A DNA stretch of 63,155 nucleotides, filler included, from Reticulomyxa filosa (lineage: Eukaryota > Protista > Foraminifera): NCBI GenBank assembly GCA_000512085.1. It is 18 parts of 18 records of this genome, joined end to end, with 100 filler letters (N's around TTAATTAATTAA, not from the genome) between each part and the next. Parts side by side here need not be neighbours in the genome. Positions count along the whole stretch, not along the records: positions 51,316 to 52,502 come from ASPP01045147.1; positions 52,603 to 57,872 come from ASPP01024849.1; positions 57,973 to 59,437 come from ASPP01003385.1; positions 59,538 to 61,792 come from ASPP01045608.1; positions 61,893 to 63,155 come from ASPP01003238.1; 13 more parts are not named here. The stretch is one strand, 5' to 3'. The position numbers and the translations under genes are program-made. The notes beneath the pieces were generated by a model. The model was not told the origin of the DNA. It saw only the letters and a list, made by a program, of their open reading frames with translations, and made no database searches. Of this stretch, positions 51,316 through 63,155 are shown in pieces. Each line of letters opens with the position of its first letter. Position 1 is the first letter of the stretch.

Positions 51316-51756
51316 ATTGTTTCTTCCACCAATCAATGCACGCACTCCATAATAAGTATAATCACCTCCTCCAACGACCATTGACTGATTATTATCTGTG
51401 AATGGGATCCATTGATTATAATTGTTTGATTCATTTGATATATCTAATAGATTACTCCAAACACTTACGTACTTCATCACCAATGCATGTTTATAATATT
51501 CACCAAAAGATAACAAAGTGATTTGATTTTTGTCTTTGTTGTTATCTACCAGTTTCAATACATAATTTTCATTTATTTTAACATCACTTGGATAATCACA
51601 GATAAACTCGTATTCGTTTTTGATTGTATGATAAGAATAACAAGCTCTTTGTTCGTAACCTCCACAAATGAGGAGTTCGTGTTTGTATAACACACATTGA
51701 AAATCAGCAAGTGGAGCGGGCAATTCCTTCAAAACTTGAAAAATTTGGTTACTCAT
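51316..51756 (-). CDS. Kelch-like repeat protein, 5' part
   Basis: FQVLKELPAPLADFQCVLYKHELLICGGYEQRACYSYH..GVRALIGG; open to the contig end. Confidence 0.75.
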
Positions 51757-52602
51757 GTTGTTAATGTTGTTGAAATACGAAGTAGTTTAATTTTTTAAAA
51801 AAAGGGAAAGGACACAAAAAAGATTCCTACATTTTTTGGAGCGACCCGAATTAGAAAAATTAAAAAATTGCAATATTCGTTGTATTACACAACAACATGA
51901 TCATAGTTGTAGGGCAAGTCCCTATTATGAGTATCTGAACGTCAAGGGAACGGAGGAATCCCCAGTAGGTTAAACTTCCTCAGCAAACTACTTCTTACTT
52001 TCTTGCTTTTCTTTACTTTTCTTTTGTTATCTTGTTTTATTACTTAAATTACTTTCGTTTTACGAAATCCTTATTCTCTTTTTAGCAAACACCTTCGTAT
52101 TACAGTTAGTGTACCAATACTATCAGCAGACGTCCCACTATTTTGAAAGTGCAGAATATATTTAATGCTATAAAGAAGAAATTTGTTTATTTGTAAATAT
52201 ATTCTTGATATCATTTAGATATTTCTTGTTCAAAACTAATGACTACCATGACGAAAGTTGTTGAGTATTTCCAATCATCATAAAAGAAAATCGACATATT
52301 TGGAAACTAAATATTTTTTAAAAATGTTGACTTTTCATTAGAATATTGATTGTCTCTAATGATGGAAGCTTTCAAGAGAAAAAAAAATAATGAATGATAT
52401 TTATGAAAATAGTGATATAATAATAAATCTTCAACCAATAACAAACCAAAGGAAAAACAAACAAAGTAAATATTATGTAAAGGAAATAGTGCCAAGAGCA
52501 CANNNNNNNNNNNNNNNNNNNNNNNNNNNNNNNNNNNNNNNNNNNNTTAATTAATTAANNNNNNNNNNNNNNNNNNNNNNNNNNNNNNNNNNNNNNNNNN
52601 NN

Positions 52603-53332
52603 CCAAAGCCGAATGGTTGTATCGCAAGAGCCAGACACAATAACTTGTTCAGTGGGTGAAAACTGGACACAAGTCACAATATCGGAATGTCCTCGAAATT
52701 CTCGAATTATCTGTCCAGATATTGCATTCCACAATCGAACAATTTTATCCTTTGATGCAGAAACTACAAATTTCCCATTAGGAGAAAATCGGGCATTTCT
52801 TATATTGATATGACGTTCGCGCAATATTTGCAATGTCTTCCCTGATGCAACATCCCATATTTGTGTGGTCCTATCTAATGATGATGATATAAGTTTCTTG
52901 CCATCTCGTGAAAATTGGATGCTATCTACAGTATCTTCATGTCCTTGAAGTCTTTCTGCTCTAAAGAATTTGAACTGAGTTTTTTTTTTTAAAAAAAAAA
53001 AAAAATTTTATATATAAAAAAAAATTAAAAAAATAAACTTGAAGAAATTTAATGATAATTTTGTCAAATTCATTTATCCATCCAAAATAAATGGAACATG
53101 ATCGACGCCAACCTTCCAAAATCATTTCAATTTCTTTTTTTCCTTTTTTTTTTTTTATTTGCCTGTTTGTAATCAATTGTAAAAAGAATGAAATATAAGT
53201 GAATGTATGAACTTACCCAAGACCTTCGTCTGGTGCGTTCAGGCTTTTTATTGTCTACTTTCGTTATATCAACAAGTCTAGAGGCACTCTCTTGTTGAGA
53301 CAAGATACTGTTTTTTTTATGATAACATCCAT
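52603..53332 (-). CDS. WD40 protein, 5' part, multi-exon
   Basis: KEIEMILEGWRR..GWINEFDKII module (as at 20444), then GHEDTVDSIQFSRDG, RFSPNG..SASKDKIVRLWN, GHSDIVTCVQFSP. Confidence 0.88.
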
Positions 53333-53932
53333 GTTTTAGTGCTTTAAAGCTCGCTTAAAGAAAAAAAAAATAACTTTCCCACTTCTCTCTCGCTTGAATG
53401 CTCAATCACTGCCAATCCATCATTGTTGTGGACTCCTTTTTGTTATTATTATTATTCAACATTGCAAAAACAATATTTTAGGAAAAAAAGATCAACAAAA
53501 CCTGAATCCATTTTCATATACTTTTATTCAAGTTAATTTTTTTTTTTTTTTTTTAAACACAAGGTATCTTTTCAAACACGAAATTACAATTGATGAGTGA
53601 TTAATTGAGTCAATAAATGTTTCCATTTTCAATGACAACATTTAAAAACAAAGCATTTTGCATTTGATCCTGCGTTTATTGATGTGGATTGTAAATTTTT
53701 GACTCATAAAACTTGAATAAGGCTTTTGATTGAATTGGCTTCATGGTTAGTTTTTTTAAAAAAAAATTCAAAGTTATATTAATTGATTTTATTTCCTTAA
53801 TCACATAATTGGGTTGTTTATTTTCAAAAATTGAATTAAACAAAAAAAAAACTCAGGATCAGGAACGTTGTCTCCCGAAAAATTTTTTTGGAGTGGACAT
53901 ACATACACTTTCTCCCTACTATAACTATAACT

Positions 53933-56657
53933 ATGTCTCAACTGGAACAACTTTCTAAAGAGTTCACCAATATTGAAAAAGAGCTGATTTTCAAAACTTG
54001 GAACTGTTGTAAGGAAAAGTTTGATGAGACAATCAAGGTGTTGCAGTTCATTACAGAAAACAAGTTAAAAAATAACAATAATTTTCTAACTTGATCACAG
54101 CAATATTTTTTTATCTATCATAGAACATCTTCAGATCAACAATTACTTTTAATGGAATTATTGGAACGCTTTGGTAATCGAATTGAAGAAATCAATGATT
54201 TTGGAGACATGGAAAAATTCAAATCAAATTTATTGGGATGCATTGATAAAATTAAGAGATTATCTCATTCAGAATATCAATGAGTTAAAGTATTTGTAAT
54301 ATAATAATGATTTAAAAAAAAAATTAATTAAATGTATTTTTAATAGAACTGATGATAAGAATGAAGCGAAAATAATGATAGAGATATGCTTGCATATATT
54401 ATGGAATATGTTAACTTATCCAAATAATATAAAATATTATCAAATTAATAGTAATATCTTATACAACAATTTGGAGAGAAAATGTAAATTATTAAATGTT
54501 AATGCAAACAAATTATTTGTAAACATGGAATATCATTTGAAACAATTTGGATTTGAAAAAAGAAATGATAATAATTGGTATTATAATAATAATGTTCAGA
54601 TATTGCAGTTATGGGAATGTTATCAAACATGGATCAATCATCAAACAAAGTAATTATTTATTGTATTAAAAAATTTAATATAAATATCAAAAAAAAAAAA
54701 AAAAATAGATATAAAACAAGAATTGCTATTCCAAAAAAAGTTTATATGTTGGACAATAAAAAATGGAAAGAATATGAAATTGTATTCGATTATGAATATA
54801 GAAGAATTGTATTATTTGATAATTCCATCTTACATATTCAAACATTACAAATTGGAAATCCAAAGAAATTATCATTAGAATTCAATGTTTATATTCAATA
54901 TTATAACGACTTTTCGGAAATTGAAACAAATTGTATTAAATGGGCTTGTCTTATTCTTAATAATTATTGGCATTTTCGAATGATTAATTGGATTGAAAGA
55001 GAAGATTTATCCAATTGTTGTTCAGTTAATAATCAAATACAAACAAATTTTTTTTTTTTTTTACATCTTATTCATAAAACAGGAATTTAATTCATTTCAT
55101 GTTACATGGAAAGATTATAAAATGGCAATATATAAAGAACCATTTAATCCTTATTCAACAACTTTGAAACAAGGATTACAACATTTGACAAATAAATTAC
55201 AAATTATTGAACATTTCCTTTATGGAAAAGATGAATTAATTTGTTTTGAATGTACATTTAATAAATGTAAACCATCAATTCCAGTAATTATCGGTGAAGA
55301 TATATTATTACATCAAATTTACAAACATTTTCCTCATTATCCAATTATTCAAGTTTATTGGGAAATAGAAACCGAATTTATGATACCTTATGATCGTACA
55401 ATTTTAGTAAAAAGTAATGATGTAAAAGAATATAAAGAAATGATTATATCAAATGAAATATCCAAATTTGATCCATTGTTATTTGAATGTGATTTTCATA
55501 AACTTAAACTTATAAATAATGATTTATTAGCTATTAAAACATCTTGTAATAGCAAATTGAAATTATTATTACATGAAGTAATAAAGAATGGTTATTTAAA
55601 TGATTTGATTACATTTGAACATATTGATATTAATAAAAAAATAAAACAAGAAATTAATTTTAATGAAAATAATGCAGATGAATTAATAGTAAATGATAAT
55701 ATATTAACAATATTAAATGAAATAAAAAAATTATATCATAATGATATTCATAAACATATGGGATATCCACTTCAATTATATCATATATGTGCAATATTAT
55801 TGTATTGTGAAAAAGAATGTAGTATTGAATTTATCTATAATCAAATACAATTTAGACATAAGAAATGGATTTGGTTTGATATATGTTTATATGAATGTAT
55901 CTCTATTTTAAATCATCATGAAAGAAGAGAAGAAAGTGAAATGGAATTATATTGTGGATTAAAAAGAGTGAGATTAGAAAATATTGAAAAATGTCCTAAA
56001 GCAGGATATTTCATTAGTTATTTAATCACTTCTGATAATTTACAATTTGAACAGATTTGTAGAAGTGATCAAGGATGTATTTTACATTTTCATCCTTCTA
56101 TGAGACGAGCACCTGGAATTGGTAGTTGTGATATATCATGGATAATTCCATACAAAAAAAAAGGTGAAATCTTATTCTCCAGATCAATTTGGGCATATGG
56201 TTATGATGAAAATATTTATAAACAATTTGCTTCATGGAATGCAAAAATAGAATATGAAGATGAAAAAACTCAAACAATATTATTAACTTGGGCAGTATAT
56301 GATCAATTTATTGATAAAATTTTACAAATTAGTGCAATCTGGAATCATTCTATTGATTTAAATCTTATCTATCTTATACTTCATCGTTGTTGCTCTGGAA
56401 ATATCAATGAAACACATGATATAATGAGTACATTTCAAGAATGGATGGCAAATGAAAATAATGGACAAAAATACAAAGCAAGAATGGATCAATTTTTGGA
56501 ACGACGATGTTGTAATCATTATGTCAATTTAATATTTATTTTTTTGGAAGAATCAGGAAAACATACTGCAATTGAAATTGCAGGAAAATGCACTATCACA
56601 CATGGATTACCATTTGTAGAAAATGACAAAAAGATATTGCCAAATGGTAAGCCTTGA
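53933..56657 (+). CDS. Large protein: two CUE/UBA-like repeats, PUB-like domain, unknown middle, ADP-ribosyltransferase-like domain; introns 54064-54123, 54284-54346, 54650-54708, 55025-55082; +1 frameshift near 54190
   Basis: Four short GT-AG introns. ILWNMLTYPNNIKYYQIN..LKQFGFEK (PUB-like); ICAILLYC..LYCGLKRV..FISYLITSD..DISWIIPY..GEILF (ART-like strand order). Confidence 0.65.
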
Positions 56658-58956
56658 TTCAATTTGTTTGTGTTACACATATTATTTTTTGTTGTGACTG
56701 TAGTTTCCCTTGATTAAATTATGATGAAATCTAAATTTTTTTTTTTTTTGTCAAAGTAAGAAATTCTTCTACTTTTTGATTAAAAAAAAAAGGAAACTAC
56801 GCTCTCCATTTGCAAAAATAAAAAGTAATATGTCACAAGTTCGTCAAGCGTTCTCTTTTTTTAAAAAAAGTTTTTTTTTTATAGAAAATCAACTCCAAAA
56901 ACATTAGTATTTTTTTTAACTTTGTATTACTCATTATTGATAAAACAAACAAAAAGGAAAGAAAAGACAAAGAATGAAAAATGATGAAGTAAAGAGAAGC
57001 AGCTTTGCTTACACAGCTCTGCTCCGAAAAAGATTGAATTCTACTGCTCGATCCACAGGAATACATTAAACATTTTACTTATTTAATGTGCAAATGATCC
57101 AATGAAATTAAGTTATCCACAGCGCAAAAATATACAAATATGAAGAATCATTAGTTGTTGGAGAAATTGTTTCAAATTATTTTCTAAGAATAATGATTTC
57201 TTAATCGAATCACATAATGAAACAAACAATGAAGAAACATCAAAATTGATTAAAAAGAAAATTAAAAGATTTAAATGATTATTTAAACAATGAATATCCT
57301 TTGAATTGAATTGATTGCTGAAATATCGTTCAGATATTGAAATGATCAAAAAGAATTCAGTGATAAAAAAAAATTTCAAAAATAATCAACAATTCAAAAT
57401 TCAAAGGTACACTAATTCTGTTCGTGGAATTGAGCTCTTACAACTTAGTAAATATGTAATTATTTCAAAATACATGATTGATTCTACTATAGTTACAATG
57501 TTAATTAACAAAAGTATTTTATCAGAAGCATGTAATTAATTACAGTACTTATTTCTCACGAAAAACAAAAACAAAACTGAAAATGCTACATATTTCCATT
57601 TAACAAAAATTGCAAAACTATTTCATCTAATTTATTAAAAAGAACTAATGATGATATCCCCAAAGGTGTATTGGACCATTGTCTAAATCATAATGCAAAT
57701 TAATACAATGGCTACAATATTTCGAGTATTAAAAATCTTTTTGTTGAACGTTCTTGATACAATAATTAAATATTTTGTCATTGTTGATTATTCTTTTATT
57801 CAATCGTGTGCATTTTTTTTTCAAAAGGTCACATCCCCTTTCTTTATAAAAAAGTTAACTTAAAAACTTAAANNNNNNNNNNNNNNNNNNNNNNNNNNNN
57901 NNNNNNNNNNNNNNNNTTAATTAATTAANNNNNNNNNNNNNNNNNNNNNNNNNNNNNNNNNNNNNNNNNNNNTACTGTATGTACATGTTTGATTAAGTGA
58001 TATATTGCTAATATTGTCTAAATATTATATATATCATGATTGCTTGATTAGACAATACAGTTTACCGTTTGATAATTAAAATCATGTTTGTTGATGAAAT
58101 AAGGACAATATGAACTGAATTGAATATTAAAGCGATGCTGATAAAGTACTTGCAAGTGGAATTATGTTTGATTATTTTTTTATGATGTACAATCGACTAC
58201 ATGCAATATGTAAATGACGATTGTCTTTTTGTTCATTGTTATATTACTAGCGTTGAGTAGTTGACTTTGGAGTGATTGCGTAAGTTTATATTCACATATT
58301 TGCTATAGTTGTTTTGTAGTACAAGTCCTGAAAAACGAAAATTGTACTTTACTAGGTAATTTTTTAGGTCATACATTGCATTGAGGATGACGAAAGTTTG
58401 AACTCAATCTTTAAAATCAAAAACTCCGTTCGTTTTTTCCAATTTTTACTTTTTATTTACTTTTCCGTTTTATTTATTATTTCGTGAAATATTGCAAGAA
58501 ATGGGGTAGTTTCATTATTTACGTAAACTCAGACAACTATTTAACGTTTCATCGTCATATAAATCCTAGTAAATCTTCAGAAATTTTTTTAATACTGATA
58601 TGCTTAGATTTTTTTTTAATTTATTGTTAGTTTAAGAACTACTATGAATGCTTTTTTGTATAGATTATTATTTTTGGACGAGATTGCTTTTTTATTATTG
58701 TTTTTCAAAGATTTGTAAAATTGGTTAAAGAGTGTTAATTGATAAGTAATTTATTTTAATCGATTTTGTAATCCCTAATGCTAGGTATTTAAATTCCTTT
58801 CGAAAGAATGGAGCATGAGAAAAAAAAAAAGAAAAACAAAAAAAGTACAACACCACTAGGCTTTCCAATATTGACCAGAAGGACCAACCAACAATCTACA
58901 CAACAAGAAAAAAAAATAAAAATAAAGAAAACAAAGCAAATGTGAGCAAAGAGCAT

Positions 58957-59400
58957 TCACTGACGTTTGGACTTGACACTTTTTCCATTGATAGACAGCT
59001 GTCGAAGTCCGGCAAGTAGTTTTGTCTGCAATATTTGATCTTTCATGCCAATATTTTGACTAAGAAAACCTCGGTTGCATGAAAAGATGCTGATGCCATC
59101 GACTTGATTTTTGATAAAGGCATCATTGAAAGCACTAGTTCCAATGATATATTCAACAAGCCCTGCTGTTTGTTTGGGCTCCCAGTTTTTGATATCGTCT
59201 TTGCGCAACTGAAGATAATTCACATCGGGATCGACCAAACTTTTTTGATCCGACGAGCGAGTAGTCGTGACGGATTTTGGACGTGCAAGTGGAGAGGTTG
59301 TTTCAGAGGTGGGTGTTTCCACATTTTGCTTGCTGTTTTTCTTATCACGAGAAATAGCTGCATTTTGTTTTTTCTGTTCGGTGTTCTGTTTTGCCTTGCT
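58957..59400 (-). CDS. SAM-domain protein fragment
   Basis: IKNWEPKQTAGLV..FNDAFIKNQVDGISIF..LSQNIGMKD..KLLAGLRQL fits the SAM consensus. Confidence 0.75.
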   Translation of the reverse strand, partial: SKAKQNTEQKKQNAAISRDKKNSKQNVETPTSETTSPLARPKSVTTTRSSDQKSLVDPDVNYLQLRKDDIKNWEPKQTAGLVEYIIGTSAFNDAFIKNQVDGISIFSCNRGFLSQNIGMKDQILQTKLLAGLRQLSINGKSVKSKRQ

Positions 59401-59698
59401 CTAATAAGTTTACATATTTATAATAAAAAAAAAAAAANNNNNNNNNNNNNNNNNNNNNNNNNNNNNNNNNNNNNNNNNNNNTTAATTAATTAANNNNNNN
59501 NNNNNNNNNNNNNNNNNNNNNNNNNNNNNNNNNNNNNAAAAAAACAAAAAAAAAAAATTTTTTTTTTTTTTTTTTTTTTTTAGATATGGTCATATGGCCT
59601 TGTTTTGTATTACGTTTCTACTTTTTTTTTTTTTTTAAATGTGATTAATGGACGAATTGACTTGTGAATACAATATGGGTATAAAAAAAGCATACACT

Positions 59699-61685
59699 TC
59701 AAAATGCTGTGTAGCTATCATTCAATGAGAGATCTTCACTCTTCAGCGCACAGAGCAGTGGCGGACTACACGAGTAGCGATTGACGAGCGTGTTTTTGTC
59801 AAATTTCTTTCTTTTGTAAGGAGACGGCAGCGACCGAGGCGTGGTCACGTCCGTTGTGTCGGCGCTGTGTTGCAGGTACGCTTCGCAAAACGCGTGGAAC
59901 AGGGAGGAGAGTTCGTTTTGCCGATTTTGCTTCGCAAACTGCTTTACAATCGACTTGACCAATGAGTGGACATATTTCCATAACTTTGCATTCGATGTGC
60001 ATTGTTCGTACAGAGGCGTTTGTGGTTCTACAAACGTTTGCGCAATTTCCGCTGCCTTTTTTTTTTCCAACAAAAAAAAAAAAAAAAGTTACCTAGTCGC
60101 AACCAATCAAAAAAAAAAAAAAAACACAAATAATCTTTGCAACCAATCAAAAACGAAAAACGAAACATTTGTGCCCAATTGGCAAAAAAAAAAAAAAAAA
60201 AAGAGGACACACAAATGTAACTTTTGCATATTGTCCGCAGCAGTAAAAGATGAAAGCGTATCGATAGCAAACGATCGTCATGGATAGCGTTTTCTTGACT
60301 TCTTTGTCCTTGTACAGTTTCATATGATCTGCGTACAGTTCCATCAATTTCAACGGCTAAAGACGAAGAAGGAGATAAAGAAAAGTTTGAATATCACACC
60401 TTTTTTTTTTTTAAAAAAAAAAAAACATATATTAACAAAAAATTGTTTTACATTAAAGTAAACGTAACTTTGACAATGTCCCATTTCTGTTCAGAAGCGA
60501 GGGTGTTTTCGGCATCGTCAATCCATTGCATCAGCTCTTCGCTGTAAATGTCGAGATAGTCAAATAGCAGCTGTCTTCGCTGGTGGCCTACGCGGCCACC
60601 TTTTTCTTTGTACACTTGATCCAAATGACTTTTGGCCATTGTCCAACTATTAAAAGAGAAGAAGAAAGAAGGAGGGGGGGGGGGGGAGGGGATGGGAATA
60701 ACAAAGCAAAAGATGATATGTATATAATGTATGCCCGGTGAAAATGGGGGGGGGGGGGGAAAAACAGAAATAGAAATAGCAAATAACTTTTGTTGTCGGG
60801 CATAATGGATGCCAAAGTAGGTGCAAAACCTCCACATCAGATCGGAGTCTTTTCCATAGACTGCGCCTACCACTTCAGTGCACAGAGCTTGTCCCTTACC
60901 AAATCAACAAAGCAAACAAAATGATAATAAAAAAGAGCAAAATGAATTTAATTATTAATTCATTAAATTATTTAAAAAAAAAAAAAAAAAAAAGAATAAA
61001 CTTTGGTTTTCTAATTGCTCGTCTTGCGCTTGCAACAACACACAGCCGAAATAAGACTTTGCGTTGAGCAACTTGATTTGCTTGTCTTTTTCGTTCATTC
61101 CTTGCGTCAGATTCATTCCTTCGATCACCTCAATCAATCGTTCGCACCACTTGATGCACTCGGTCACATCCAATTTGGACGACAGATATGCCAAGTGTTC
61201 CACGCACGCTGTTGAAAAGTATATATACATACGTATACGTATACGTATACGTAAAAAAAAAAAACAATTATCATAAAAATAATTCCAATGAAAAATTTAA
61301 ATATATCTTTTAATTTTTTTTTAAAAAAAAAAAAAAATTTACACAAAAAAAAAATAAATTTTGTAATACCAGTGGTGTTTTCAGAAGGCTTATGTTGTTC
61401 GTAGATTTCACTCAAAGTGAGAGCGGCCAGAAGCATGTCGCGCGCTTGTTTGTACTGATGATTGGCGCGAAAGATGGAACTGGCCAAAATGTACGAGTCC
61501 ACACACTTGTCCCACATAATGCCGGCGTCGAACCTCTTCAGCAACGCGCTGCGATTGGCCTGCTCCACGCGCTCATCGCTGTTGGGTGTGTACACCATCT
61601 CATGTACCATCCGCAACTTCTCAAACGCGATGCAACAGAACTCGTGTGATTTTTCCAAATTCGAAACACGATAGTATTTTTGAGC
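59699..61685 (-). CDS. Multi-exon alpha-helical (TPR-like) protein, 5'-truncated
   Basis: Six or more GC-richer exons between homopolymer introns; amphipathic helices such as CVDSYILASSIFRANHQYKQARDMLLAAL. Confidence 0.55.
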
Positions 61686-62032
61686 TAAAAAAAAAAAAGA
61701 GGGTACATTACAAATAACAACATATAAATAAACAATAAATGGAAAATAAAAAAAAAAAAAAAAATATATATATATATGTATATATATATATANNNNNNNN
61801 NNNNNNNNNNNNNNNNNNNNNNNNNNNNNNNNNNNNTTAATTAATTAANNNNNNNNNNNNNNNNNNNNNNNNNNNNNNNNNNNNNNNNNNNNGCTAGGAC
61901 TGAAATAAGTGCAAACATGCATCTACCAAATAAAAAAGAGTGCCAGAAAAATGAATTTATTATCAACAACAATCTTTTTAGAAATTAGAGCCCTATGAAA
62001 ATGATTTATCACTTAGTAAGCAATTCATCAAT

Positions 62033-62768
62033 CTAAATTCTTCTTTTTTCACCACAAATTTGAATGACAAAAGTCAGATCTTTTGAAATAATTAAAGGCA
62101 CAGCATTGCTAGTGGCGATCAATACGTACACACACATGCAACAAACGCGCTCAAGTGTTGCATTGCTTTCCGAATCATTTGTGGTGGCAAACCCTTCCCA
62201 CGATACTCGGGCGCACAATATACAGCAAAGGTCCACCCAACATTGTGATCAGTTTCGTTGCAAAACTCCATTTGTGGCGATTTCACAACTAAACATTCAA
62301 CGTGACCAAAGTAAACATCATTGGTTGGAATGTATGCACTCGATACTATCTGAGAGGACTCACGTGCACTAAATACCGCATCAAAGCGATCACAAAACTG
62401 AATGTCACCTCTTCCAAAATAAAACTTGTTATCTTTGTTGTCACGTGAAAATACTTTTTGATAATTGTTCGATAACACGGTTTGTGTTCTCTTCAATTCT
62501 ATACCTTTTCCATATAGTTCCATATTCCCACGTTTTTCAGGATTGTTTCGTTTGTCTCTGTGCTCAACCAATTTTTAAAAAAACGTAGCCTTTGTCCGGA
62601 ACAAGTGATATTTCGTACGTCTGTGTTGAGTCTTCTTTTTCTTTCGTAATTATTTTCTGTTATTTTCAACGCGTTTTTCTTTTGTGTTAAGTTATGCACA
62701 AACATCAGTTGGGTAACGAGCATGAAGAATAACGCTACTAAAATTGTTGGCCATCCCAATTCAAACAT
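62033..62768 (-). CDS. GNAT-family acetyltransferase with N-terminal signal/TM helix; frameshift near 62575
   Basis: AVYCAPEYRGKGL..MIRKAMQHL acetyl-CoA motif A; N-terminal WPTILVALFFMLVTQLMF. Confidence 0.7.
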
Positions 62769-63155
62769 TATTCTCAGTCAAAAAAGAAGACCCTTTAAAA
62801 ACCGTGTAGTAGAAGCAAAACTTGTTCAAAATTTGTAAAAACTAATTTTAAGCCCAGAGCTTCAAAAAAGTAAATATTTTAATAGAAATTGAAAATTTTT
62901 CTGATTAAAAAATGAAATTAAAAAAAAGTAGTTCCCTTTTCGATCATAAAATATCATAAAAGTTATAATGCAGCAAAAGAAGACCAATATACTTGGTATT
63001 AATTATGAATGTCTTGTATTCTCCAGCACCAGAAAAGAGTACTTCAACACTAACAACGTCATTTCGCTGTAACTGTTGTTAATAATCCCGGATATGGGAT
63101 GTGGTGTCAGAAAGAGAAATACAAAAGTTGGGAGGACGTACAAATGCAATAGAAA

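Noticed and set aside
94-56657. Apparent cluster of ubiquitin-system genes (PUB, E2, RING, BRAP2, COMMD, SPRY)
   Set aside because: They lie on different contigs joined artificially. Only the PUB and E2 genes share a contig.
5330-61892. Regularly recurring TTAATTAATTAA palindrome as a biological repeat or CRISPR-like array
   Set aside because: Always centred in exactly 44+44 N; it is a synthetic six-frame stop linker.

Overview
This window is not prokaryotic and not one continuous locus. It is AT-rich, intron-containing eukaryotic DNA made of 18 short contigs joined by 17 identical artificial 100-nt linkers (44 N + TTAATTAATTAA + 44 N), so adjacency across a linker means nothing. The WD40, Kelch-like and zinc-finger family members, the pseudogene load and the homopolymer-rich introns suggest a foraminiferan draft genome such as Reticulomyxa filosa (inference from family resemblance, not a database result). 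Recognisable genes after manual splicing: PUB-domain tail-anchored protein, secreted double peptidase-C39-like protein, Ubc4/5-like E2, HINT, Rab1-like GTPase, RDH12/WWOX-like SDR, EH-like+RING protein, BRAP2/ETP1, NELF-C/D C-terminus, two WD40 genes, class II-like HDAC abutting a SYF1/XAB2 fragment, a decayed DD34E Tc1 transposase, a Kelch membrane protein, COMMD6-like, SLC35A-type transporter, SPRY, SAM and GNAT proteins, and a large CUE-like/PUB/ADP-ribosyltransferase-like gene. The best leads for something undescribed are (1) introns whose 3' splice sites sit on poly-A runs, often able to pair with an upstream U-run, instead of a polypyrimidine tract, (2) the CUE-PUB-ART-like architecture, and (3) the secreted tandem C39-like protease. 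All domain calls are by-eye motif recognition and all splice models lack RNA support. No tRNA, rRNA or CRISPR array was seen.
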